From a virus, in IMG/VR virus record IMGVR_UViG_3300027833_000016: 64,000 bases of DNA; one strand, 5' to 3'. The notes below the pieces were generated by a model that saw only the letters and a program-made list of their open reading frames with translations, had not been told where the DNA came from and did no database searches. Numbering within the stretch: position 1 is the first letter of the stretch; each line of letters begins with the position of its first letter. Made by a program: the position numbers and the translations under genes. This document shows, piece after piece, positions 29,874 to 39,884 of the stretch.

Positions 29874-30413
29874 ATGTACGATATATTTAAAGATAGAGAA
29901 GACGATCTAGCAGATAAGCAATTCTTCTTTGGGAAACTTCCTTTCGAAGTAAGTGATGTGTATGACTGGAACAAACATATGGAGTTGCTTAATACGCACC
30001 CCGATAAGTTGATTGATTCCAATACCAACAAGTTTAGGATAGGGTTGAATTGCTTTCACGAGAGACCCTCTGCTCCTGACTTCGCACGTCATATCGAAAG
30101 CGAGATGCAAGAAGTATTCTCTATGCACAACGAGAACGGTGGATCAATTACCAACATTGCCTTTACTGGCATAGGTAAGAACTCTGACTCATACCCTTGG
30201 CACAACGATACAATGGACGTATTTTTAGTTCAGGTTTTGGCAAGCGTGGAGATGAGAGTAGAAGGGCACAACGATGACAAACCGTTCTGGTTCAATCCCG
30301 GAGATTATGTGTGGTTACCTCGTGGCACACACCACCAGATAATACCGCACGACAGTAGAGTCTCGTTTAGTTTTGGCGTTGAAGGTTCACCTGACCCTGC
30401 GACTTACTTCTAA
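29874..30413 (+). CDS. JmjC/cupin-like oxygenase
   Basis: SYPWHNDTMDVFLVQV...PGDYVWLPRGTHH. Confidence 0.75.
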   Translation: MYDIFKDREDDLADKQFFFGKLPFEVSDVYDWNKHMELLNTHPDKLIDSNTNKFRIGLNCFHERPSAPDFARHIESEMQEVFSMHNENGGSITNIAFTGIGKNSDSYPWHNDTMDVFLVQVLASVEMRVEGHNDDKPFWFNPGDYVWLPRGTHHQIIPHDSRVSFSFGVEGSPDPATYF

Positions 30414-30514
30414 CACACAACTATATGTATTAACTAGTTATAAGAGTTAGGTGCCATTCCGGTATTACATTTAGTTATATGCGGTATCAGTTACATACCA
30501 AAGACGTTATGCGG

Positions 30515-30522
30515 TATAAATA
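30515..30522 (+). promoter_or_regulatory. late promoter
   Basis: TATAAATA followed by hairpin gtaagcaga/tctgcttac. Confidence 0.75.
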
Positions 30523-30568
30523 ATGACGTAAGCAGAATGGTCTGCTTACTAATTGAGAGAACAAAAGC

Positions 30569-30670
30569 ATGAACAGCAAGATTGATCGCAGAGTCGAGAG
30601 ATTCAGCACACCTATAGTAACAGTTATATTTTTCTACACAATGGTATTGGCACTGATACCACTAGTATAA
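30569..30670 (+). CDS. 33-aa single-TM peptide (not in ORF track)
   Basis: MNSKIDRRVERFSTPIVTVIFFYTMVLALIPLV*; GAGA RBS-like; downstream of late promoter. Confidence 0.55.
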   Translation: MNSKIDRRVERFSTPIVTVIFFYTMVLALIPLV

Positions 30671-30724
30671 GTAGTATTGAATGGAGGGGCAGTCTATGTC
30701 CCTCAAACCTTTAAGGAATTTGTA

Positions 30725-31534
30725 ATGAACCTCATATACCAGTACTGGGATGGCCCAGTTAGAGAATCCTGCCAAGCAGGTGTTAATGCAATGAAGAAGT
30801 ATGCCAAGTCTATTGGTGCTGAGTACCTCTTCGAAGAGAATCCCAATTGGTTGCGTTCCACTTTCAAGTACGACTTCGGTAACTACTCCCCTCACTACGG
30901 TGCATTCAAACCAGTCTATGACGAGTCCTTCGACAAGTATGATAAGATCATGTTTGTGGATACGGACGTATTTCCTGTGGATGGTCTAAAAGAAAACATC
31001 TTTGATGAGTTCACTGGTGAGATTGGTATCTGCACAGAACCCGAACAGTCTCGTATCCGTACCATTACTCGTGGACGTATCACACATGATACGGACGAAC
31101 GATGGGGCGAGATGCTGAAGAATATGTTCAACACACAAGTACCTCGTGATCGGTATGGTATTATCGCATACAACACTGGAGTTGTCTTGTATTCAAAAGA
31201 AGGACGAGTCAAGGCACGAGAGAAGTTTCAAGACTTCAAACAATATGTCGATACTGTAAGACGTATGGGATTGGATAGTTTCTATACTTGTGACCAACCT
31301 TACCTTCATGCCCAGATGTTTATCCATGATATGGATGTACAAGATATGGACAATGGATGGAACTCCTATGTACACTATGCTAAGATCAAGGGTAACCCTG
31401 AACTAGACTTGTGTGACTGGAGAACCAAAGATACTAAGATGGTACACGTTCAGTTGATGGGTGCTGATAGTAAAGATACAGCATGGCATTGGAACATAGT
31501 CAATATGCCTCAGAATATGTGGAACCTAGATTAG
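30725..31534 (+). CDS. putative GT-A glycosyltransferase
   Basis: YAKSIGAEY, YDKIMFVDTD, YNTGVVL, DQPYL, GWN, VHVQL. Confidence 0.75.
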   Translation: MNLIYQYWDGPVRESCQAGVNAMKKYAKSIGAEYLFEENPNWLRSTFKYDFGNYSPHYGAFKPVYDESFDKYDKIMFVDTDVFPVDGLKENIFDEFTGEIGICTEPEQSRIRTITRGRITHDTDERWGEMLKNMFNTQVPRDRYGIIAYNTGVVLYSKEGRVKAREKFQDFKQYVDTVRRMGLDSFYTCDQPYLHAQMFIHDMDVQDMDNGWNSYVHYAKIKGNPELDLCDWRTKDTKMVHVQLMGADSKDTAWHWNIVNMPQNMWNLD

Positions 31535-32325
31535 TGATAGCATACCAGATTGTAATCAAGGGAAATGAAATCTCCGAGGCATATGCCAAGATCTCTCTAG
31601 AGTCGTTTCAACCTCTCCTAGACGCAGGTGTTATTTCTGAAATAAGAACCTTTGATGCGATAACCCCTGAGTCTGATAACTACCAAGAACACTTGGATAG
31701 GTACACTTGGGCAAAGTCACTTATGAGAGCAGATGTTCTGAGTGAAAACACCAAGGAGATGCATTCCCCCACAGAGATGGCAGGGATGTGTTCTCATTGG
31801 GAACTTATGCGTATGGCAAGCGAGGCAGACGAAGACTTCCTTGTACTAGAACACGACTCATACTTCAATGGGAATGTAGGACAGTTTAGACAACTATGCG
31901 ATATGGATGTTCTCTATCGCAACATAGGATTGTTCATGGGGTGTTATAGTCTAGAGAGTAAAACCGCAGGGTGGATGTATAACGCATTGACTAATGCTGA
32001 GTTTCCTATCAACTGTGGCCCGTACTGTACTCTTCAGAGATTGTTTGCCACATACACAACTAATGTGTTGAAACCTCAAAACTACCGAGGACGTGCTACT
32101 ACTGTCATCCATCCTTGGTCGAGTTGTACCACTCTATACTTTGGTCGTAACGTACAGAGACCATTCAATAAACCAGATAAGAACGAAGACACTAACGAGT
32201 GGAGACTACCAAGCACTCAGGTGGTGTCTAAGTCTATGAAGGTTACCCAAGACCATCATGGTTACAAAGAAGGATATATAGAAGAACCTTGGACTAAGAA
32301 CAAGAATCTCTTAGTTATTGAATAA
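31534..32325 (+). CDS. glycosyltransferase family 25-like
   Basis: FDAITP, GMCSHWELMR, FLVLEHD. Confidence 0.7.
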   Translation: MIAYQIVIKGNEISEAYAKISLESFQPLLDAGVISEIRTFDAITPESDNYQEHLDRYTWAKSLMRADVLSENTKEMHSPTEMAGMCSHWELMRMASEADEDFLVLEHDSYFNGNVGQFRQLCDMDVLYRNIGLFMGCYSLESKTAGWMYNALTNAEFPINCGPYCTLQRLFATYTTNVLKPQNYRGRATTVIHPWSSCTTLYFGRNVQRPFNKPDKNEDTNEWRLPSTQVVSKSMKVTQDHHGYKEGYIEEPWTKNKNLLVIE

Positions 32326-32330
32326 AGTAC

Positions 32331-32381
32331 TTGCATTATCAGATTACCTATGGTATAATGGTACCCTATTGAGCAATAGAG
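32331..32381 (+). promoter_or_regulatory. sigma70 promoter cassette for dam (related to early-region repeat)
   Basis: TTGCAT-17-TATAAT then ggtaccctattgag. Confidence 0.75.
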
Positions 32382-32388
32382 TTATATT

Positions 32389-33273
32389 ATGAAGTACAAA
32401 GATCTAAAGACTCCTCTGAGATATCCCGGTGGTAAGACTCGTGCAATCAAGTTTCTATTTGACGAGCAACAGATGCCTACTCGCGAGATCAAAGAATACC
32501 GTGAACCATTCCTTGGGGGTGGTTCTCCTGCCATCGCCTTCTCCAAAGCAAACCCAGACACACCAGTGTGGGTCAACGACAAGTACTACAACCTGTACTG
32601 CTTCTGGATTACCTTACAGAAAGAAGGTCAGAGACTTGCAGACAAGTTAACTGATGTTAAGAACGAGTTGATGGATACCGAAGATCCCCTTCAGTCTCAC
32701 CTTGGTTACTATAAGGTTATGCGTGAAGGTCTTGCCACAGCAACAGATCCATTCGAGATCGCGTGGATGTTCTATATTATGAATAGGTGTTCGTTCTCTG
32801 GTCTAGGTGAGTCTACTGGTTCGTTCAGTAAACTTGCGTGTTTCGATAAGTTCAAGCACAGTATGATCAGCAAACTACCAATGTATGCCGCTATAATGAA
32901 GAACTGGAAGATCACCAACCTAGACTATGCTGAAGTACTAGAGGGTGCCGACCAAGATACATTCATCTTCGCAGATCCTCCATATGATATCAAGTCATTT
33001 ATCTATGGCAATGGTGGAGATATGCACGACTCTTTCTGTCACAAAAGATTCCATGATGATATGACCGCATCTGGTGGAATGACTATGATTACCTACAACA
33101 GTAACGATCAACTTAAAGAGGCATATTGTGAGTGGGATCAACTTGACTGGGACTTGACCTATAGTATGAACTCAACTGCTAAGTACGTTAAGGAACAAGC
33201 AAAGCGCAAAGAACTTCTGCTTCGCAACTACTCCTATCCTAACGCCATTACCTTGGATGGATTCTTTAGTTGA
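32389..33273 (+). CDS. dam: DNA adenine methyltransferase (D12/Dam class)
   Basis: LRYPGGK, EPFLGGGS, WVND, ADPPY. Confidence 0.92.
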   Translation: MKYKDLKTPLRYPGGKTRAIKFLFDEQQMPTREIKEYREPFLGGGSPAIAFSKANPDTPVWVNDKYYNLYCFWITLQKEGQRLADKLTDVKNELMDTEDPLQSHLGYYKVMREGLATATDPFEIAWMFYIMNRCSFSGLGESTGSFSKLACFDKFKHSMISKLPMYAAIMKNWKITNLDYAEVLEGADQDTFIFADPPYDIKSFIYGNGGDMHDSFCHKRFHDDMTASGGMTMITYNSNDQLKEAYCEWDQLDWDLTYSMNSTAKYVKEQAKRKELLLRNYSYPNAITLDGFFS

Positions 33274-33298
33274 CAAGACCTCTGCTTCGTGGTATAAT
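33270..33298 (+). promoter_or_regulatory. sigma70 promoter for gp43
   Basis: TTGACA-17-TATAAT. Confidence 0.85.
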
Positions 33299-33331
33299 AC
33301 CTACATATAACATCAAACACCGAGCGAGAAT

Positions 33332-35803
33332 ATGACAGAATTTTATACATCCGTGAATCGTGCAGGTAACTCTATCCTGTACCGTGGATACAAAGACGGC
33401 AAGTCCGTCAAGGTGAAAGTACCTTTCAAACCCACAATGTATGTTACCTCCCAGACCGCACCTAAGTCTGGGTGGACTGCATTGGATGGCACACCTGTAG
33501 AACCAGTGACCTTCGACACCATGAAGGAAGCAACCGAGTTCAACAAGATGTACGATAACATTGCCAACTTCAAGGTCTATGGTAATGCCAACTATCAAGC
33601 ACAGTTCATTGCCGAGGTCTTTCCTAACAAGGTTCCTTATGATGTTTCCCTAATCAAGACTTGCACCATCGATATCGAGGTGGCATCCGATGAAGGATTC
33701 CCCGAACCTCGCGAAGCAAAGTATCCTGTCATCTCTATTGCTATGTCAACCAACGATGGTGACTACTTCGTATGGGGACTCAATGACTATACAGTCACAC
33801 GCGATGATGTTGTTTTCATTAAATGTTCCTCCGAAGAAGATCTACTGATGAAGTGGATAGACCACTGGCAACACCATTACCCAGATGTCATCACTGGTTG
33901 GAACAGTATGGGATTCGATATACCTTATATGGTCAATCGTATCAGATCTAAGTTCGGTGAGACTACGGTCAAGCGTCTGTCTCCGTGGGGCATGATTGGC
34001 GAACGCAACCATACTAACTTCGGTCAACCGACCCAGACTTATATCCTCAACGGTATCGAGCATCTTGATTACATGGAGATATACAAGAAGTTCACCTACA
34101 AGTTGCAGGAGTCTTACCGTCTTGACCACATTGCCTTTGTGGAACTTGGTGAGAACAAACTCTCCTATGAAGAGCATGGCAACCTCCATACTCTGTACAA
34201 AGAAGACTACCAGAAGTTCATCGACTACAACATCAAAGATGTGGAGTTGGTTGAGAACCTCGACAAGAAGTTAGATCTGATCTCCCTAGTGTTGACTATG
34301 GCATATCGTGGCGGTTGTAACTTTACCGAGACGTTAGGTACCGTGGCAATCTGGGACTCGATCATCTTCCGTCTGCTGAACAAGCGGAAGGTTGCCGTAC
34401 CCCCGAAGGTAGAGAAACCCAAGACCTCATTTCCCGGTGGTTATGTTAAAGAACCACAGGTTGGATCTCACGACTGGGTAACATCCTTTGACTTGAACTC
34501 TCTGTATCCTATGATCATTGTCCAGAACAATATGTCACCCGAAACTGTGATCGATGGTATCGAGCATGGCGTGTCCGTGGATAGTTTCCTTGATGGAGAC
34601 ACCAAGGTTAATAAGGGTGGTTACTGTTTGGCACCGACTGGTGTTAGGTTCGCCCATGATAAGGTTGGTGTGATCCCGACTATCATTAGCGAGTACTATG
34701 CCGAGCGTAGATTGATCAAGCAAGAGATGCTCAAGACCGAGCAGTTGCACCAAGACAATCCTAGCAAGGAACTTGAGTACAAGATCACGTCCCTCAACAA
34801 CCAACAGATGGCAATCAAGATTCTTATGAACTCCCTCTATGGTGCGTTGGGTAACCGATGGTTCCGTTACTTTGATCAACGTGTTGCCGAGTCTATTACA
34901 CTCGCAGGTCAGTTGGCAATCAAGTGGGCAGAACGTGCCGTCAACAACGAGATGCAGAAACTTCTCAAGACAGACGAGGACTACGTTGTCGCGATTGATA
35001 CTGACTCCGTGTATATCCGTATGGGTGCATTGGTTGATCAGTTCGCCCCCAAGGATCCAGTCAAGTTCCTAGACAAGATCTGCTCCGAACACTTCGAGAA
35101 GATCCTCGTGTCTGCATACTCTGATATGGCAGATGTGACTGGTGCTTACGTCAACCGCATGGAGATGGGTCGAGAGGTTATTGCCTCGCGTGGTATCTGG
35201 ACTGCAAAGAAACGTTACATCTTATCCGTCCACAATAACGAGGGTGTCCAGTACGCAGAACCCAAACTCAAGATGATGGGTATCGAAGCAATCAAGTCTT
35301 CGACTCCTATGGTCTGCCGCGACAACTTCAAGGATATCTTCAAGTTGATCATCGAAGGATCCGAACTCGACATCCAGAACTTTATCAAGGACTTCAGGTC
35401 TAGGTTCCGACAGTTGCCGCCCGAAGACGTATCGTTCCCTCGTGGTATCAATGATATCAAGAAGTGGTATGACCGCAAGACTGTGTTCAAGAAGTCTACC
35501 CCGATCCATTGTCGAGGTGCGTTGTTCTTCAACAAGGCAATCAAAGACGCAGGTTTAGATAAGAAGTACGAACCTATCAAGAATGGCGAGAAGATCAAGT
35601 TCGCGTACATGAAGATGCCCAACCCGATGAAGTCTAACGTGTTCGCATTCCCTATGCGACTGCCACCTGAGTTAGGTATGCACAAGTATGTTGACTATGA
35701 CTTTATGTTCGACAAGACATTCCTTGATCCATTGACCCCTATCCTAGATGCCGTTGGATGGGATGCCGAACCGCAAGCATCACTAGAGGAGTTCTTCGGA
35801 TAA
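33332..35803 (+). CDS. gp43: family B DNA polymerase gp43
   Basis: DIEV exo [24 protein letters not shown]-term SLEEFFG clamp-binding peptide. Confidence 0.98.
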   Translation: MTEFYTSVNRAGNSILYRGYKDGKSVKVKVPFKPTMYVTSQTAPKSGWTALDGTPVEPVTFDTMKEATEFNKMYDNIANFKVYGNANYQAQFIAEVFPNKVPYDVSLIKTCTIDIEVASDEGFPEPREAKYPVISIAMSTNDGDYFVWGLNDYTVTRDDVVFIKCSSEEDLLMKWIDHWQHHYPDVITGWNSMGFDIPYMVNRIRSKFGETTVKRLSPWGMIGERNHTNFGQPTQTYILNGIEHLDYMEIYKKFTYKLQESYRLDHIAFVELGENKLSYEEHGNLHTLYKEDYQKFIDYNIKDVELVENLDKKLDLISLVLTMAYRGGCNFTETLGTVAIWDSIIFRLLNKRKVAVPPKVEKPKTSFPGGYVKEPQVGSHDWVTSFDLNSLYPMIIVQNNMSPETVIDGIEHGVSVDSFLDGDTKVNKGGYCLAPTGVRFAHDKVGVIPTIISEYYAERRLIKQEMLKTEQLHQDNPSKELEYKITSLNNQQMAIKILMNSLYGALGNRWFRYFDQRVAESITLAGQLAIKWAERAVNNEMQKLLKTDEDYVVAIDTDSVYIRMGALVDQFAPKDPVKFLDKICSEHFEKILVSAYSDMADVTGAYVNRMEMGREVIASRGIWTAKKRYILSVHNNEGVQYAEPKLKMMGIEAIKSSTPMVCRDNFKDIFKLIIEGSELDIQNFIKDFRSRFRQLPPEDVSFPRGINDIKKWYDRKTVFKKSTPIHCRGALFFNKAIKDAGLDKKYEPIKNGEKIKFAYMKMPNPMKSNVFAFPMRLPPELGMHKYVDYDFMFDKTFLDPLTPILDAVGWDAEPQASLEEFFG

Positions 35804-36256
35804 TGTTTAGATGGTCATCCGAACAGACTTGTGAAGTCAGTGAGACTGCGGTCATGTTAGATATAATGATGAAGGGGTGGATATGCTCTAAGTGGTCTCG
35901 TGACTCTATTGTGGATATTGTGATAGACAAGGGAAATTCTGTCTATGAGTCTTTGCAAGTAAAGTCCTTTACAGGTAATACTATACCTACTATTACTCGT
36001 AACGAACCTAATGGTAAACGTGCTACCTCTCTATATAAAGATCATGGTGTTACTTGGATTGCAGGGTACAAGAAAGATACCCATGAGATATATTATTATC
36101 ATATCGATAACTATAGTAAGTTAAAAGACGGCAAACCTATCAACATAAAGAAGATGTCCCAAGATGTTTTCCCGACCCATGAACCACCTATGCACAACGA
36201 ATCAACGAGAAATAAGAAGGTCGTTATCGACCAAGGATTGGGGGAGTTCTTCGGAT
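35788..36256 (+). repeat. 14-bp direct repeat GGAGTTCTTCGGAT (35788-35801 and 36243-36256) flanking a nuclease-like ORF
   Basis: exact match read from sequence. Confidence 0.85.
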
Positions 36257-36258
36257 GA
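35803..36258 (+). CDS. putative PD-(D/E)XK endonuclease with clamp-binding-like tail
   Basis: SETAV, VDIVID, SLQVKS, C-term GLGEFFG. Confidence 0.6.
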   Translation: MFRWSSEQTCEVSETAVMLDIMMKGWICSKWSRDSIVDIVIDKGNSVYESLQVKSFTGNTIPTITRNEPNGKRATSLYKDHGVTWIAGYKKDTHEIYYYHIDNYSKLKDGKPINIKKMSQDVFPTHEPPMHNESTRNKKVVIDQGLGEFFG

Positions 36259-36446
36259 GAACGTATACAAAGTCGTATAAAGTACCAAAGTCAGGAAACT
36301 TTGAAGACAATAAACACGTTATTAAAGGTAAAGGAAACAAGATAACATTCGGATCTAAAAGAAAGACTCCATTATCCGAGATGGAGACTCGCTCCACAAA
36401 CAAGTGGGATAGCATGGTAGATAGATGGATAGAAGATAATGAGTAA
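36255..36446 (+). CDS. small basic hypothetical protein
   Basis: ATGA-coupled ORF. Confidence 0.55.
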   Translation: MRTYTKSYKVPKSGNFEDNKHVIKGKGNKITFGSKRKTPLSEMETRSTNKWDSMVDRWIEDNE

Positions 36447-36939
36447 ACACAACACTTACGATAGTATGAAGACACCAGATTTGTCCAGTCAAGACAAGAA
36501 AGCAATGAAGTCTCTAGATTCACAATGGTTAGAAACTAAAGCACATAGAGATCACTGGGAAGGTGTTGTGAAGAGATATAAGGATAGAGGGCAGCCTGAT
36601 TTCTTAATAGAACACGCAGAACGTATAGCAAAACTCACCCATTGGGAATATCGGTTAGAGTGTAATGAAAATACACGACTATGGGAAGAAGAGAGGGACG
36701 AGTATGTTAGAGGAAATCCTATGAAGGAATCCGTGGTAGAGGAATTATATCGCAGATTCGATAAGATTATGGACGAATTCTGTGAAGAGAGTGACTCCGC
36801 ATTGTGCTATGGTAGTAGTGTTCTTTGGTTAAGGGAATTACACCCTTTAGATATTATGAATAATAGTGATCTGGCGTTTGTGTATACTCCACTTATAAAC
36901 TCACTTCACGGACAGTTCTTGAAGAAGCACGGAAAATGA
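36439..36939 (+). CDS. hypothetical protein
   Basis: ORF overlapping upstream stop. Confidence 0.6.
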   Translation: MSKHNTYDSMKTPDLSSQDKKAMKSLDSQWLETKAHRDHWEGVVKRYKDRGQPDFLIEHAERIAKLTHWEYRLECNENTRLWEEERDEYVRGNPMKESVVEELYRRFDKIMDEFCEESDSALCYGSSVLWLRELHPLDIMNNSDLAFVYTPLINSLHGQFLKKHGK

Positions 36940-36945
36940 TAACCC

Positions 36946-36975
36946 TTGACAAGGGCACACTTAGTGTGTTATAAT
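36946..36975 (+). promoter_or_regulatory. sigma70 promoter
   Basis: TTGACA-18-TATAAT. Confidence 0.75.
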
Positions 36976-36982
36976 AGTACCT

Positions 36983-37930
36983 ATGATTAAATACGAACTA
37001 ACAATATTTCAGTCTCAGTTTGACAACAAGACTCATCGCAAGGTTGCTGTACAATCTTGGGGTGAGTTCGTGGGTCTGCTAGAAGGACTGTCTAGGAACA
37101 AAGGTGAGAAAGGTGGTAGAAATTCTAGTCCTCTTATTACTCCTGCTGTGTTTACCACTGGTACCACGCGTAGTAATGCTAATACTTTACGTTGGGGTGG
37201 TTGGTGCGCTGTTGACGTGGATCAGCATGATTTTGATACTGATGTTGAGGTATTAAAGAATGAACTCATTGATAGATTTCGCGATGTGGACTTCGTGTGT
37301 TACAGTACTGCTTCTTCTAGGGATACACACCTTAAATTTCGTCTGGTCTTCAGACTTGATGAGACTGTTGAAACTGATAGAATCAAACCCTTCTGGTTCG
37401 CATTTAATACTGCCATTGGCGAACTTGGTGATCCACAGACAAAGGATCTTGCTCGAATGTACTACATACCTGCAATATACCCTGATGCTAATAATTTCTT
37501 CTTTAGTCACTTGGGGGGCAGTCCAGTTAATGTATCTGAGGTGATTGCTAAGTATCCTTATGTGGAGAAGACTGGCAACTCATTCTTTGATCGGATGCCA
37601 CCAGAGATGCAGAAGCAGGTAATAGAGCATCGTAAGAATGGACTAAATAATACTGACTTCAATTGGAACTCATACAGAGATTGTCCATTCTGGCCTAAAC
37701 GATTAGGCATTGAGTACCAAACGATTAGCGGTGAGGGATGGTACTATAAGATGTATCAGATCATGGTCGCGGTTGCAGGTAGTGCGGTGTCTCGTGGATA
37801 CCCTATCTCTGCTACACAGATTGCTGATCTCTGCAAAGAGTTTGACAATGAAACAGGTAAGTGGTACGAGAATCGTCCTCTCGCAAGAGAAGCAGATCGT
37901 GCCCTAGAATACGTCTACAGGAACGGATAA
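36983..37930 (+). CDS. putative AEP/prim-pol-type primase
   Basis: TRSNAN, AVDVD (DxD), YSTASS...KFRLV, DPQTKDLARMYY, helical C-terminal domain. Confidence 0.6.
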   Translation: MIKYELTIFQSQFDNKTHRKVAVQSWGEFVGLLEGLSRNKGEKGGRNSSPLITPAVFTTGTTRSNANTLRWGGWCAVDVDQHDFDTDVEVLKNELIDRFRDVDFVCYSTASSRDTHLKFRLVFRLDETVETDRIKPFWFAFNTAIGELGDPQTKDLARMYYIPAIYPDANNFFFSHLGGSPVNVSEVIAKYPYVEKTGNSFFDRMPPEMQKQVIEHRKNGLNNTDFNWNSYRDCPFWPKRLGIEYQTISGEGWYYKMYQIMVAVAGSAVSRGYPISATQIADLCKEFDNETGKWYENRPLAREADRALEYVYRNG

Positions 37931-38871
37931 TGAAAATACTAGTAACAGGTGCGGCAGGATTTATTGGATCACAATTGACCGCACGTCTTCGTGATCAAGG
38001 TTATACAGTCAAAGGATTAGACAACTACAACAACCATCTATACGAACCAGACCTCAAAGTCAAACGTGTTGATCACTTCGATATCGATGTGGTGCCATGT
38101 GACTTGAGGATGATTCCCGGTTCGGGGATTGCTCTGGATAAGTTGTTGATAGACTTTGCACCTACTCATATCATTCACCTTGGGGCACACGCAGGTGTTC
38201 GTGACTCGTTCGGTAAAGAGAAGCAGTACCACGCGAACAACATTGATGCTACCCAAAACCTCATTGATATATGTAAGGAACATTTACCAGACGTGCGTAT
38301 CATCTATGCGTCAACCTCATGTGTCTATGCAGGTAGTGAACTACCGTGGACAGAGGGTAGGGAGACAGGTAAGCAGTTGAACCCATATGGTTGGACTAAG
38401 TGGTCTAACGAATGTCAGATGCAGGGATCAGGACTCAATACAACTGGTCTAAGATTCTTCACAGTGTATGGCCCTTGGGGCAGACCCGACATGGCATTGT
38501 TTGACTTCACAAAGAATATACTTGCAGGTAACATGATAACCGTGTATAATTATGGTAATATGAGGCGCGACTTTACCTACATTGATGATATCCTTGGTGG
38601 TATTGAATGCGTTCTATTTGCTGATTTACCGGCAGGTGAGATCTTTAACATTGGACGAGGACAACCAGTTGAACTTATGGACTTCGTTAGAGAGATCGAG
38701 AAGAACACTGGATGCGAAGCAAAGATCAACTATGTTCCACAACATCCTGCTGATACGTTAGAGACTTGGAGTAACTCCAGTAAACTAATGGCACTAGGTT
38801 ACACCCCCACGACTAGCATTGCGGAAGGTGTGGCAAACTTTTATGAATGGTATAAAGAGTACATGAACTAA
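37930..38871 (+). CDS. NAD-dependent sugar epimerase (UDP-glucuronate 4-epimerase-like)
   Basis: TGAAGFIG, HLGAHAGVR, YGWTK, LRFFTVYGPWGRPDMA. Confidence 0.9.
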   Translation: MKILVTGAAGFIGSQLTARLRDQGYTVKGLDNYNNHLYEPDLKVKRVDHFDIDVVPCDLRMIPGSGIALDKLLIDFAPTHIIHLGAHAGVRDSFGKEKQYHANNIDATQNLIDICKEHLPDVRIIYASTSCVYAGSELPWTEGRETGKQLNPYGWTKWSNECQMQGSGLNTTGLRFFTVYGPWGRPDMALFDFTKNILAGNMITVYNYGNMRRDFTYIDDILGGIECVLFADLPAGEIFNIGRGQPVELMDFVREIEKNTGCEAKINYVPQHPADTLETWSNSSKLMALGYTPTTSIAEGVANFYEWYKEYMN

Positions 38872-39884
38872 TGGCAGATGATTTTGATAAGTACGCACCT
38901 GTTAAACCAGATGTGAATGAAGCACCACCAACATCGATCAGCAAGACCAACAAACTCAAGGTGGGTATTGTTGGTCATGGTTTCGTTGGTAAGGCAGTAG
39001 AGTATGCATTCTACCACGACTTGATAGAGTTCGTTATTGTAGATCCAAACTATGGCACGACTATTGATGACTTGGTTAAGGCACAACCTACCATCTCATT
39101 CATCACCGCACCAACACCACAGAACTCCGACACTGGATTCGTGGATGCGTCTATCGTAGAAGATGCGGTACTGAAGTTGATGAACCATACTGACTCACTT
39201 GTTATTGTGAAATCAACAGTAACACCTGATATCATTGATCGGTTGTACAACTCTATACCCGAAGGATCCTTTGATAGGTTCGCATACAATCCTGAGTTCC
39301 TGACTGAGAAGTCTGCCAACGAAGACTTTGTTAATGCCGAACATCATGTGGTTGGTGGAACACCTGCCGCGTGTAAGGATGTCATGGACTTCTATGAGTT
39401 CTTCAGTGGATGTAAGTCTACAAAGTTCTACCAGATGTCAGGGCCAGAGGCATCGTTCGTGAAGTACGCGTCCAATGCATACCTCGCAACCAAGTTGACC
39501 TTCTTCAATCAGTTGAAGGATCTGGTCAGTTCATTTGATTGTAGTTACAATGTGGTGTCTCGTGCATTAGGTGCGGATGATCGTATCGGTATCAAGCACA
39601 CCAGAGTACCGGGCCCTGATAAGAAGAAGGGGTTTGGTGGTGCGTGTCTACCCAAAGACACAATGGCATTATACAAGTTTAGTCAGGCAAGAGGGGCAGA
39701 GTTCAGTTTGTTAAATAATGTCTTGACAATCAACAACAAATACCGTATAATGTATGACTTAGATGATAGAGAATTAGTAAATAATATAACGTTCGGAGAG
39801 AATGATAATGAGTATAATGGACAAAATGAAGAAGAACAGCAAGATCAAGACAACGGAAGTACTGTCGAAGTCGGTGTTCTATAA
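38871..39884 (+). CDS. ugd: UDP-glucose/GDP-mannose dehydrogenase (short form)
   Basis: GHGFVG, KSTVTP, NPEFL, KYASNAYLATK, GFGGACLPKD. Confidence 0.88.
   Translation: MADDFDKYAPVKPDVNEAPPTSISKTNKLKVGIVGHGFVGKAVEYAFYHDLIEFVIVDPNYGTTIDDLVKAQPTISFITAPTPQNSDTGFVDASIVEDAVLKLMNHTDSLVIVKSTVTPDIIDRLYNSIPEGSFDRFAYNPEFLTEKSANEDFVNAEHHVVGGTPAACKDVMDFYEFFSGCKSTKFYQMSGPEASFVKYASNAYLATKLTFFNQLKDLVSSFDCSYNVVSRALGADDRIGIKHTRVPGPDKKKGFGGACLPKDTMALYKFSQARGAEFSLLNNVLTINNKYRIMYDLDDRELVNNITFGENDNEYNGQNEEEQQDQDNGSTVEVGVL
39723..39751 (+). promoter_or_regulatory. sigma70 promoter for uvsX inside ugd
   Basis: TTGACA-17-TATAAT. Confidence 0.8.

Noticed and set aside
39802-39884. ugd/uvsX overlap as a programmed frameshift or fusion
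   Set aside because: uvsX has its own promoter (39723) and GGAG RBS; the acidic ugd tail looks like simple run-through.
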